Assembly (NCBI GenBank): GCA_032718475.1
Contig: JAUCBJ010002497.1
Location: 62,001 to 126,000, forward strand
Length of the DNA stretch: 64,000 nt
DNA from: Nemertoderma westbladi
Taxonomy: Eukaryota; Animalia; Xenacoelomorpha
Direction: 5' to 3'
Below are positions 1 through 11,112 of this stretch, piece by piece (the stretch's first letter is position 1; each line of letters begins with the position of its first letter). The position numbers and the translations under genes are program-made. The notes under the pieces are model-generated. The model was not told the origin of the DNA and ran no database searches. It was given only the letters and a program-made list of their open reading frames with translations.

Positions 1-265
1 CTAACAAAAGAAGCTAACTGCCGTAACTGAATATAATAAACCATATAATTTGATTATATGCCGTTCAGCCGTTATATTATTCACGTCATACAGTCATATA
101 CCCCCCATCCAGCCATATGCGTGTCACTCTCGCTCAAGTCACTCAATATCATCACTGACTGAGAACGAAATCAACCCCATTGTACCGATTGCTGTACGTG
201 TACGTACACTAACCCTTTACTGCTTTTCGGGCCCTACCTAACCGAACTCACTACCGAACATAGTA

Positions 266-3200
266 ATGGAGTCTAATACTAAAGTGATGCAGGAGGTTAT
301 AAATGAACCTGTCAAACCGACAGTTACCAATAGTGGCGTCGTCATTAACGCAAACAATAGTTCAGCTGATCCAACGTGTACCACCAGTACGACAGAACCA
401 ACAGGCAGCAGCAGTACTACGGAACCGACAGACAATAGTGCTACCGATATGACAGACAAGAGTGCTATGAATACGACTAACAGCACTGCGGTCGATCGGA
501 CAGTTATTAGTTCCGACACTGCTGGGTCTACGACCCCCGGAGACCTCGAAACACCAGTCGGTAAACCAACGAGTAACTACAAATCGAAACTACGGTGGAG
601 GGTGGGCGACCGCCTGGAGGTAGTCTACCGGCCTAAGGAGGGGGGCGACGCAGTGTGGGAACCCGCGAGAGCGGTGTCGGTGGAACCGGGGCGGATCTAC
701 GTACACTACGAGGGATGGAACGCCCGCTACGACCGCTGGGTCGACGACGGCGAGGGAATCCGTCGCAACACGCGACGCTCCCGACGTACCTCGACGCGCG
801 GGTCGCAGCAACCCCGGTACGAGGTAGGGGAGCGTGTGCTCGCTAGATGGGCCAACAACAAACTCTACTACACGGCCCGAATCGATGAGGTTCTACCGGA
901 CAGCGAGACCTACCGACTCACCTTCTACGACGGGGTGCAACGGAGCATGTTGGAGTCGTCGCTCCGGCCGATGGACGCGGCCGCAGTTCGCGACTTGGAG
1001 GACTTCCTGCGGGGCAACCCCGAGTTCCGGCTGTTCCAGGGCGACAGCGGGAAGGATTCGTCGATCTGCGGGAAGGATTTCACCGACGAAGAGGATTCGG
1101 TTTACAGATCGGCGAGTTCCCCCGAGAAGGAAGCGGGGAAGGCGAAGAAACGGAGTCGGAAGAAATCCGTAGTGGCGAAACCGGAAACGGGGAGTAAAGG
1201 GGAGCAGGGAGAGAGTAAAGGGGAGCACGGAGCGAGTAAAGGGGAGCATGGAGCGAGTAAAGGGGGGCATGGAGGTGAACCGTCGATTCCATTGGCGCTG
1301 CTCCCGACTAAACGGATCCGGTCCGAGTCGGAACGCACCTCGGCTCCGGAAGACACCCCAGATCGTCTGTCTCTGAGTTTCAGCGGAGAGAAACACTTCC
1401 TGCTCAGCGAGATGGACGACGCATTGGAACCGGGGGAGATCCGCATCCAACCTCGCATCGCGCCCCGCCCAATCCGGTACACCTTCCCGCCCCCCTCGGG
1501 GGCCACCCCATCGGTAAATAAAGTCTTTATTGCCCCACCCCTCTCCGTGATGACCGGGGCGCCACGCGCACCCGGGTTCACGCAGTTCCACTGGAAACCG
1601 CCACCAAAAGACGACAAATCCATCCCGACTAATAAAAAATCCGTGAAAAAAATATTAAAAACAGAAAAACGCGGATTTTTATTGAAGGAGAAAAAATCTC
1701 CGATCGTAAAAGATAATTTAGTTTTAAACGAAATTAGAAAACAGGATACTTTTACCGATGTAGCGAGTTCTTTAAGTAAAGATAAACACGCATCCCTTCT
1801 GACTACCGTGGACAGTATAACTGAGTGTCCGGTAGGAACGTCGACGTTGGATGAACCTCCGGACGGATTTCCGGTCTCTGAACCCGGAAGTCCGCGGAGC
1901 GACAGTTCCGAGGACATCATCCACTGTATCTGCGACCTCCGCGAGGAGGAGGGCTTTATGATACAGTGCGAGGTCTGCATGGCCTGGCAGCACGGGTTCT
2001 GTGTGGGCGTCCACGAGGGCTGCGTCCCGGACAACCACATCTGTCCGTACTGCCGGGCACCCCGGGACGTCCGGAAGGGGGCCCAGCTGTCGTGGGACAC
2101 GCAGTGGTTGCGAGCGGGCGCCCTGCCCAGTGGCGGCGGCGAGCCCGGGGTCGTGGGCGAACACGCCCTCGTCTGCGCTCTCGTCGACGATTGCGTCAGG
2201 GCGATCGGGGCGCTCGCCGTTATTCGTAAGAAGTTGGAGGTTGTGACGGATCTGTCAGAGACGGTGGACTGTGAACCCATGACGATGCGGAGCGAATTGC
2301 TTCACGCAGCGCGCGCCGCTTACGTTGCTGAACATTCACCGAGAGTTGACTCAACCACACACAGTTCGTTAAACCTGTCAGTAAAATCCAACGGTATCGA
2401 TTGCATTTCTCCCTTCCTAGATCCCGTCAGTCGCACCATTATGAGTGACACAGTCAGCGCCACTAGTGACGTTGTCATGTCTATATCAGCCACCGTTTGT
2501 GGCGCTGGTAATAATATTGAGAATCCCGTGTTTGTCGCTGATAAGGGTGGCGCTACTGATTCCATTGTATCTGCCACTAAGGGTGGCGGTACTAATGGCA
2601 TTATATCTGCCACTGAGGGTGGCGGTACTAATGGCATTGTATCTGCCACTGAGGGTGGCGGTACTAATGGCATTGTATCTGCCACTGAGGGTGGCAGTAC
2701 TAATGGCATTGTATCTGCCACTGAGGGTGGCAGTACTAATGGCATTGTATCTGCCACTGAGGGTGGCAGTACTAAAGGCATTATATCTGCCACTGAGGGT
2801 GGCGGTACTAATGGCATTGTATCTGCCGCTGAGGGTGGCAGTACAAATGGCATTGTATCTGCCACTGAGGGTGGCGGTACTAATGGCATTGTATCTGCCA
2901 CTGAGGGTGGCGGTACTAATGGCATTGTATCGGCCACTGAGGGTGGCGGTACTAATGGCATTGTATCTGCCACTGAGGGTGGCGGTACTAATGGCATTGT
3001 ATCGGCCACTGAGGGTGGCGGTACTAATGGCATTGTATCGGCCACTGAGGGTGGCGGTACTAATGGCATTGTATCTGCCGCTGAGGGTGGCGGTACTAAT
3101 GGCATTGTATCTGCCGCTGAGGGTGGCAGTACAAATGGCATTGTATCTGCCACTGAGGGTGGCGGTACTAATGGCATTGTATCGGCCACTGAGGGTGGCG

Positions 3201-3604
3201 GTACTAATAGCATTGTTACTTCCTCTGAGGGTGGCAATACTGGGGTAGCCTCATCTACTACACATGCCATTAGTACCAATATTGATACTACAACCATTGC
3301 GGGAGACACATCTGTGGACGATGGGGTCGCAGTACCTTCTGAGGAAAGAATCCACCAATCACAATCCTCTGGGAATCCCCCTGCTGAACTTCCGGACGAT
3401 ATTTTGAACCGATGGAATCTAGTTGATCACATAGAACAGCTCCAGATTGATGTCGAGGAGCGTCTCAACAGCCTTGATAAGATTCTCACTGATCTGGAAA
3501 CAGCCCGGAGTCCGAAAAAGTTAAACGTTAAGAATATTACCAGGGGTGTCCAACAGTTACTAGGTGACCTTACTAAAGTGGATAACCTAACTCGGTTGTT
3601 ATAG
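266..3604 (+). CDS. PHF20: PHD finger protein 20 / PHF20L1-like chromatin reader (two Tudor-like domains, PHD finger, C-terminal coiled coil); single uninterrupted ORF
   Basis: 1112-aa ORF. Tudor-like 1: WRVGDRLEV...IYVHYEGWNARYDRWV. Tudor-like 2: YEVGERVLARWANNKLYYTARI. PHD: CICDLREEEGFMIQCEVCMAWQHGFCVGV...CPYC. The C-terminal NLVDHIEQLQIDVEERLNSLD resembles the PHF20-family C-terminal helix. PHF20 and PHF20L1 cannot be distinguished. Confidence 0.85.
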   Translation: MESNTKVMQEVINEPVKPTVTNSGVVINANNSSADPTCTTSTTEPTGSSSTTEPTDNSATDMTDKSAMNTTNSTAVDRTVISSDTAGSTTPGDLETPVGKPTSNYKSKLRWRVGDRLEVVYRPKEGGDAVWEPARAVSVEPGRIYVHYEGWNARYDRWVDDGEGIRRNTRRSRRTSTRGSQQPRYEVGERVLARWANNKLYYTARIDEVLPDSETYRLTFYDGVQRSMLESSLRPMDAAAVRDLEDFLRGNPEFRLFQGDSGKDSSICGKDFTDEEDSVYRSASSPEKEAGKAKKRSRKKSVVAKPETGSKGEQGESKGEHGASKGEHGASKGGHGGEPSIPLALLPTKRIRSESERTSAPEDTPDRLSLSFSGEKHFLLSEMDDALEPGEIRIQPRIAPRPIRYTFPPPSGATPSVNKVFIAPPLSVMTGAPRAPGFTQFHWKPPPKDDKSIPTNKKSVKKILKTEKRGFLLKEKKSPIVKDNLVLNEIRKQDTFTDVASSLSKDKHASLLTTVDSITECPVGTSTLDEPPDGFPVSEPGSPRSDSSEDIIHCICDLREEEGFMIQCEVCMAWQHGFCVGVHEGCVPDNHICPYCRAPRDVRKGAQLSWDTQWLRAGALPSGGGEPGVVGEHALVCALVDDCVRAIGALAVIRKKLEVVTDLSETVDCEPMTMRSELLHAARAAYVAEHSPRVDSTTHSSLNLSVKSNGIDCISPFLDPVSRTIMSDTVSATSDVVMSISATVCGAGNNIENPVFVADKGGATDSIVSATKGGGTNGIISATEGGGTNGIVSATEGGGTNGIVSATEGGSTNGIVSATEGGSTNGIVSATEGGSTKGIISATEGGGTNGIVSAAEGGSTNGIVSATEGGGTNGIVSATEGGGTNGIVSATEGGGTNGIVSATEGGGTNGIVSATEGGGTNGIVSATEGGGTNGIVSAAEGGGTNGIVSAAEGGSTNGIVSATEGGGTNGIVSATEGGGTNSIVTSSEGGNTGVASSTTHAISTNIDTTTIAGDTSVDDGVAVPSEERIHQSQSSGNPPAELPDDILNRWNLVDHIEQLQIDVEERLNSLDKILTDLETARSPKKLNVKNITRGVQQLLGDLTKVDNLTRLL
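2545..3235 (+). repeat. 36-bp coding minisatellite (~19 copies, ATEGGGTNGIVS) inside the PHF20-like ORF
   Basis: Unit gagggtggcggtactaatggcattgtatctgccact repeats in frame. Confidence 0.95.
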
Positions 3605-4979
3605 TTGCAGGTCAATACAATTCATATTGAAATGTTTCGAATTCTTATGGACGTAGTTTTGTTTAAAGTGTAATATCCTACAGTACAAGGTTTGTTTATA
3701 TCTACTTTAATTTACTGATGACATAATAATAGTTTGTATATAAAATTGCATTATTATTCACTACGAAATGTATTATCGCAAAGTAAATACCGAAAAATAT
3801 ATAACTTTTTCGCCTTTGAAATCATTCGCTTTTAATTCATTCATGTTTCAGCGTGAAAAAATATCGGGTTGGATATGGAGCTTTCACCCTTGGGAGTTAG
3901 TGTGGCGCCGTCCCTGCCTTATAAGTAACACAAATAGTGCAGAGCCTTAACGGTTGCTTCTGGTGTTTCACGTTTACCGATTGTTTAACTTGTTATTATC
4001 GTAAGGATAAGCGCACTTTATATTACTGCTTAGAATCGGGACTCTTCTCATTGGAATATTTAGTGAATAACGTTCTGGAACACTTCCCCAGTCCATCATC
4101 GTAATGCTTTCGCATATAAAATAAAACTAATTAAATATTGTATTATTGTAGAATGTGAACATAATTACGGGCCACATGTGAGTTTAAAATAAGAACTCGG
4201 ACATTGTTTGTCCAATTCGACATCGTATGTACGTGACATACAGAAACCAACTGATAATAGTGAACAACTGAATCAAAGTTCAGAAGGTTTAGAGGCATCA
4301 TTTTCCACTGACAATTGAAATGTTGTTAGAGAGAAGTTCTGGTTTAGAAGCTGATGATTAATAAGTTGGTCATTGTCATTTTAAACAAATGGTTTCCATA
4401 TGTCATGAACTACGCGAAAGCCGTGAAAACATGGAAAACGGGCTTTCAAGTAGGGCCTAATTAATTTCCAAAGCGCTTGCTCTTGCGCAGTGTTTTAAGC
4501 GCTACACATGAGCATCAAATTTGATGCGTTAATAAAAAATGAAACAAGTGGCATGATTCATAAATTAATTAATTTTTTATTTGTCCTTTTCTGGCAAATA
4601 TTGCGATGTAAAGATTGCAAAACATATCTTAATTTCATTTAGAAATAATTTCTAACGAACGCAAAAATTAAACCCTTTACTTTACGTGACAGTAAAGCAA
4701 ACTTACTTTACGTAACGGGCCACAATAATTGAAATAAATATTGGGCCACCCGCCCCAATATTTTTTTTTCATATCTTGAAAGACAAATCTTTAAATTGCT
4801 TGAAACCTTAAACACAACTAGTTCAACACACCGTCGATGTCCACGTGAAGACCAAGCCCGGCCAAGCGTTTAAAAAGTATTTTAAGAAAGCACTTCGCAT
4901 CGGTATGGTCGCCATCTTCTCATTAGCATCGGTTTGAAGGGAGGTAAAGACAAAGAAGGTTGGCCAACACCATACATGT

Positions 4980-5530
4980 TTATCGTAACTTTTTACTATA
5001 TTATTGTAACTTTTTACTATATTATTGTAACTTTTTACTATATTATTGTAACTTTTTACTATATTATTGTAACTTTTTACTATATTATTGTAACTTTTTA
5101 CTATATTATTGTAACTTTTTACTATATTATTGTAACTTTTTACTATATTATTGTAACTTTTTACTATATTATTGTAACTTTTTACTATATTATTGTAACT
5201 TTTTACTATATTATTGTAACTTTTTACTATATTATTGTAACTTTTTACTATATTATTGTAACTTTTTACTATATTATTGTAACCTTTTACTATATTATTG
5301 TAACTTTTTACTATATTATTGTAACTTTTTACTATATTATTGTAACTTTTTACTATATTATTGTAACTTTTTACTATATTATTGTAACTTTTTACTATAT
5401 TATTGTAACTTTTTACTATATTATTGTAACTTTTTACTATATTATTGTAAATTTTTACTATATTATTGTAACTTTTTACTATATTATTGTAACTTTCTAC
5501 TATATTATTGTAACTTTTTACTATATTATA
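4980..5530. repeat. 21-bp AT-rich tandem repeat (~26 copies)
   Basis: Unit ttattgtaactttttactata, nearly homogeneous. Confidence 0.97.
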
Positions 5531-5847
5531 TTTTTATATCGGTTATAACAGATTTAAAGGCAAAATCGAAAATTCTAACGTCGACGGCGAGTTGATTTCT
5601 AGCAATCTGTTTCATGGTGTACAATTATCAATCAATCCTAAATGAATGTTATTTATATCCAACGGTCTCTATAATCATCATGTAATTTTTATTAATAATA
5701 TATTCATCCATATGTTCATTATTTACCGGTATATTTATTAATTAATACATAATCTCATATATGTATAATACATAATATCCATATTCCATTTATTATATTA
5801 AATTTAATCCGTATTATAATATTATAAATTAATAAAGTCTTTATACA

Positions 5848-7509
5848 TTATGTGTTATCCAATAAATCCGAGGGGTCTGAGTCAATGGCGACTCTACAAT
5901 CAATAGCGGCCCGACAGATCGGACAAACTTCCAGCTGATTGGCGCAGACCCAACATAACCCAGAATGGTCGCAGGGTCGCAGTGTGACCACCCCTAGCTC
6001 GTCGCAGCACAACGAGCAGGCATCCTCGCGGAGAGACAACCCCCGTCCCGTCTGCTTGAGACGCAACGGTTTGGGGAGCACGAACCCGGGTCGGTCGTTC
6101 GAGTCCAATAAGGGGTGGGAGTTAAAGGGGAGAGAGTCGGGAGGCGGGAATCGGAAGCGAGTTGAGCCGAAGTTAAACCGGCACTGTTGGTAAGACATGA
6201 AGCTGGCGGCCGCGTAGAAACCAGTCTGACATCGTAGGAAGAGCTGAGATAGACCTTCTACTGGTGCGAGAGAGACGCCGTTTACAGAGAATGTAACTTG
6301 TAGCGTCGATGTGTCCAATAGGAAGCCAACCACGTCTCCTGGTTGCCAAGGAGACAGACGATGTGGTCGTGGTTTCGCTGAGTGCCACACCTTCCCGCGG
6401 CATCCGTCGAAGGCGACCGAATAATCGTCGTCGCCGACCCCGTGGCCGTCGAGACGGAGGAACTTACCGGCTTCGGTAGCGAACCCGATCTGAAGGACTC
6501 CGTCGGTCACCAAGGTCACCTCGTAGTACCAGCGACCTGGTCGGGTCAGCGGTGCGGTGGAGAGCACCGACTCGAATGAGCTCGAGTCCGATCGAGCTTC
6601 CAGTCCGTCCGGAGAGACTTTGAGTTTGTCGCTGGCGCTGCTCGCGTTAAGAATGACGTTGACGCCACAAGAACTGAGCGAGTCGAGTCGTTCGTAAGAG
6701 AAAACGCGATCGCGCGGGACAAACAGGTTGTCGAGGAGCCACTGAGCCGTGAACCCGATTTGACGCAAGAGATTGTCTGGAGAATGGAAGAAATCCTCGA
6801 GTTTAACGAGCGATTCGAAGACCGTGGATTCTTCGATTGTCGCTTTATTTTCTATTGTCAAGGAAAGTTTCTCTAAAGCGATGAGCGCAAATAGAGTTGC
6901 CATGTTCAACATGTTTAACAGTCGCAGCAGATAGTCGAGCGTCTGCGGGGTCAGCAAGAGACAACATGGCGGTCCCATAACCTTCTCAGCAACGCAACCG
7001 ACAACAGAGGCCACGTTGCGATGGTAGCGCTCATCGGATGGCTCACGCTCAAAGTCCAGGTAGTTGGTGAGCATAACTATGGTGTTTTTTGACGGGATCG
7101 CGCATTCATCGATCTGGAAGTTTATATAAGAGGTACCTATACAGCTGTGGAGAGGCACGTTTTCTAAGAGAGATAGAACAACGGCTATCCAACCAGTTTC
7201 TATCTCGGCTATTTCATGAAGCTGTACGAATGCCAATGGCGTCATTTGTGTACCACTGTCAGACATTCGCTGAGTTATCCGTAACAATTGGGTGGTAAGG
7301 TTGTCCACGTTCAATTCCTTCCGTACCTCATGCGGACTCATTTGTTCAATCAATTTGATCTGGCGTTGGGTGAGATTTATGCCGACGGAACTGATGTTGA
7401 AACGGTGTGGTGGCGTTGTATCAATGTCCCTAGGGGCGATCGCTGGAGGCATCGAACTGGGGTTAGCGTTGCGGCTACTAATCAAGCAGCAGCTACAAAC
7501 CTTACCCAT
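5848..7509 (-). CDS. RSPRY1: RING finger and SPRY domain-containing protein 1; single uninterrupted ORF
   Basis: First ATG at 7509 gives MGKVCSCC. Armadillo-like N-terminal region (LFALIALEKLS, QIGFTAQWLLDNLF), SPRY domain (KVSPDGLEARSDSSSFESV, GRWYYEVTLVTDGVLQIGFAT, FYAAASFMSYQQCRFNFG) and C-terminal RING (CSLCCD...PCDHSGLCWVCANQLEVCPICR). Confidence 0.92.
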   Translation of the reverse strand: MGKVCSCCLISSRNANPSSMPPAIAPRDIDTTPPHRFNISSVGINLTQRQIKLIEQMSPHEVRKELNVDNLTTQLLRITQRMSDSGTQMTPLAFVQLHEIAEIETGWIAVVLSLLENVPLHSCIGTSYINFQIDECAIPSKNTIVMLTNYLDFEREPSDERYHRNVASVVGCVAEKVMGPPCCLLLTPQTLDYLLRLLNMLNMATLFALIALEKLSLTIENKATIEESTVFESLVKLEDFFHSPDNLLRQIGFTAQWLLDNLFVPRDRVFSYERLDSLSSCGVNVILNASSASDKLKVSPDGLEARSDSSSFESVLSTAPLTRPGRWYYEVTLVTDGVLQIGFATEAGKFLRLDGHGVGDDDYSVAFDGCRGKVWHSAKPRPHRLSPWQPGDVVGFLLDTSTLQVTFSVNGVSLAPVEGLSQLFLRCQTGFYAAASFMSYQQCRFNFGSTRFRFPPPDSLPFNSHPLLDSNDRPGFVLPKPLRLKQTGRGLSLREDACSLCCDELGVVTLRPCDHSGLCWVCANQLEVCPICRAAIDCRVAIDSDPSDLLDNT

Positions 7510-9409
7510 AACGACAGAACGATAATTAATCCTGCAATCAGCCAACAGTTACTGCTGTACTGTGTACTCTGGTACTGCTGTACTGAGTTATGCTGTTCCT
7601 GTTATAGGCCTATGATGTTGACAACCACGACTTTAGAGGGATTGTAATATTAATATTAAAACAATAAAATAGGACATGGGGCCTCATTCCCTCAGACACT
7701 ACCTAGCATTTAGGGCCACTTGGGCCACTGTTAGTACTCAGGCACTAAGGCCCATCAAAAAACAAAATACCAAATCGATTTTAGTGCTACATAACCCAAC
7801 CCAACTCTGCAACTACCACAAGAAAAATTACACCAAACCATACAGTAACTACAGGTTCCGGTAAGTATTGCACGAAATAGGCTATCCCATAAATTACGAA
7901 AAATATAGGACATTTTGTCCGCCGAAAAGGTAAGTCTAGCTAATAAATAATAATAATAAATAAATAAATAATAAATTTTATAAAAATAAAAGGGTTTCGG
8001 AGATTTAAACACTGAACCCTGGGATTCGTGGTTCTCCTCATCAGCAGTGTGCCACGAACCCCACCTCTACCCTAACAAAACTGCACCACTAAATTAAGAC
8101 AATGACCAATAAATTAGAAATCCTACCGTACCACCGAACAGAGTTGAAACCACCCACCCCCAATTATGACTGTTATGACTGACTACCGACTACAGGCTGA
8201 CCGCCTCGACCGCAGTACTGCAGTATTAAGTTCTGAAGTTACAGTCAAGGACTGGTCAGCTGTCAGTCCAGCAATCGGAACTACAAAGATATAGGCCTAA
8301 CAAATACGCTACCGTACATATGAGTCATATGGCATCAGAAGTACATAAGAATATAAATTACATCATCCCGGTTTATATCATTATGTAACATAGCTACTAC
8401 AGTACTACAGTAGCTACGTGCCACAATTCCGCGGCTAGTGGCCACTGAAAATAGCTCGTATCCGCAGCCTACCTGATGGCCTCGGCCCGTAGCTACCAGT
8501 GTCACGGCTTTCGGCGTCCTTACCCCCTCAAAAAACATAAAAAATATCTTAGATATTTCATTCATTATCATTATCTTCATTAACATTCAAATTTCCCGCC
8601 AACACTAATAATTTGATACATTCTTCACTCTGTCACCTATAAATACTGGACGTACTGCTATTTCATTCATTCTGATGAATAGAATCACACGGACATCAGA
8701 CTTTCTGCTCTGTGTCCACCAGCTACTGACTGCATCCTGGCATCTGTCAGTAGCCACTTTATCCTTTATCTAATTCTAGCAGTCTCTTAGACACCCGTCT
8801 ATGCGGCTGTATAAACGCCAGTATTTCTTTTGAACTGTGCGTGTGCGTTCCATTTTCATCACTACACTGCATGATTATTGTCATCCCCTTTTTGGCTCAT
8901 ATCGCATTTAGTGTCATGCCTGATTTAGGAAATAAATAAACTAAAGGTTTTATAATAAATAATATTTATTTTAAAGGCCATTGGCAATTAACGTTTACAT
9001 GCTCAGGTGATGAAATTACGCCAAGCGCGCCAGCACGGTAGAATACGGGCTGACGGGCGTTAGTATTACAGCCGCCAAATGAAGGTTTTACCGGCAAAGC
9101 CTCATAAAATACCCAAAAGCGACCCAAACCGCTTTCCCACTGTTTAGCCGGGACAACCAGCTATTAGAGAATCTGTCATCACGGTTTCCATAAGATAAGA
9201 TAAGGGCCGTCGAGAGGAAAAAGCGGGCACGGGGCAACATAACTGGAAAATCCGGACCCCCTTTATATTTGATGTGAAATAAGTGTAATTTACCCCCCCC
9301 CCCCCCCCCCCCCACATTCCACAAAAAACTGTTTTAGTAGCATTGGATTGGAGTGAAGGGGAAGCTACGGAGCCCCTAAAGGGACATAGGTTTCCCCTTT
9401 TTTTTCTAA

Positions 9410-9870
9410 GTACGGCCCAGAGATACTAAGTCCGGGCCAGAGATACTAAGTCCGGTCCGGAGATACTATATCAGGCCCTGAGATACTAAGTCCGGCCCGG
9501 AGATACTAAGTCCGGCCCGGAGATACTATCTCAGGCCCGGAGATAAAATACAGAACAGGTTCATAGACACTATAGCGCTGACACAGCAATTTCAATTTGT
9601 GAGATATTTAATATGGAGACACAAGAGTATTGTTAGCACAATACAAGGTAATTTGGGCCTGGAGATAGTATCTCCGGGCCAGACTTAGTATCTCCGGGCC
9701 TGAGATGTATCTCCGGGCCTGAGATAGTATCTCCGGGCCAGACTTAGTATCTCCGGGCCTGAGATATGTAGTATTTCCGGGCCGGACTTAGTACCTCCAG
9801 GGCCTGAGATAGTATCTCCGGGCCGGACTTAGTATCTCAGGGCCGGACTTAGTATCTCCGGGCCTGAGAT
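9410..9870. repeat. Two arrays of a ~20-bp repeat in inverted orientation around a ~110-bp spacer (foldback/MITE-like)
   Basis: gagatactaagtccggccc units at ~9410-9545; reverse-complement units gggccggacttagtatctc at ~9655-9870. Confidence 0.8.
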
Positions 9871-9874
9871 AATC

Positions 9875-10220
9875 TCAGTTGTTTCTCAATGAAATTCAGA
9901 TATTGTTACATATTTGGAATCGTTGCAAGGCAAGCTTTTTAATGATATGAAAAAATTACGACTAATGTGAAGAATGTCCACGATATGGAGAGTGCAATTT
10001 CGCAAAAGACACTTTTTTAAAACGCTTACATGTATAAAAAATTTTTTAAGGCAAAATCGAAAATTCCGGCTTCATGGGGTCATCGACGGTGAGTGGAACT
10101 ACTGTAGTTGTGTTTCAAATTTCAAGCAATATGATATAGATTTGTAGAAAAATCTGGGGGGTGGGGGGTCCGTGTCATCAGAAAATGACACTACTGTATA
10201 TTACGGGACATGGTGTACTA
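9875..10220. mobile_element. Partial copy of the MITE family also at 15954-16542
   Basis: ctcagttgtttctcaatgaaattcaga...gtccgtgtcatcagaaaatgacacta closely matches 16263-16540. Confidence 0.7.
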
Positions 10221-11112
10221 CAGTATAGGTTGGTATTATTAGTTGGTATCACCATACCAAATTTCGTAGCCTATGATTGAAATTTGAAAATAATTAGGCC
10301 CCCTAGAAATGGTTGTTGTATTAATTAAGGGAGATCAAGATGGCGAGATATACTCTATTGCCTATACACTTATCGTTCTAGAAGTCTATAAAAAAATATG
10401 TATTATTTCTAGAACACCTTATCTCCGCATAATAACAAATTTATACGGTACTGGTGCTGTATGCGTACACCCACCGCCAAACTTTATCTATAAGCTAGTT
10501 TTTGTGAATTTCTTTTTTTGAAATGTACCATAGAACATGTTAGCTATTTATTTTGAAAAAGTTAATGTTCTAGAAAACTATTTTTTGTTCTAGAACATTT
10601 TTTAGACAAAAGCCAGGTTTGTATTTAAAAAGAATGGGATGGTTATAAAACGTGTATGAAATAAATTAAGTATTTTTTTTAATACAGTATTTTGAAATTT
10701 TTCAATTAAATTATGACGATAGCTAGTAATATTTATGAGAGCTAATAAATAATAAAAGCAATTTTCACCAGAAAATTTTTTACAAAAACTAGCTAATAAA
10801 AAGTACTAGCTAACACAAAATAAATTGCCTATGCTACTAGTACCCCTACCCCACAACGATTTCTACGCACAAAGTGGTACATAGTGTATATGAATAGATA
10901 GTTTTTATAAAAGACAATAATGTTTCCAGCGAATCACTAAAATGCTAAATACTGGTGATATAACGAACTCATAAGATTTTAATACAAACCTTCTTTTTTT
11001 CTAAAAAGATGTTCCTGAAAAGAATATTTGTTCTAGAACACTATTTTTTATAAACAAATAGCTAACATGTTCCAGAACAGTCACAAAAATAAATTTTCAA
11101 AAACTAATATGT

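Noticed and set aside
893-3309. Long antisense and alternative-frame ORFs overlapping the PHF20-like gene
   Set aside because: Shadow ORFs of a GC-rich coding region and its 36-bp repeat; no recognisable domains.
4934-5595. 204- and 211-aa ORFs (IVTFYYI / NFLLYYC repeats)
   Set aside because: Artefacts of a stop-free 21-bp tandem repeat.
8330-8920. Possible transposase remnant
   Set aside because: No recognisable motif in the translations examined.
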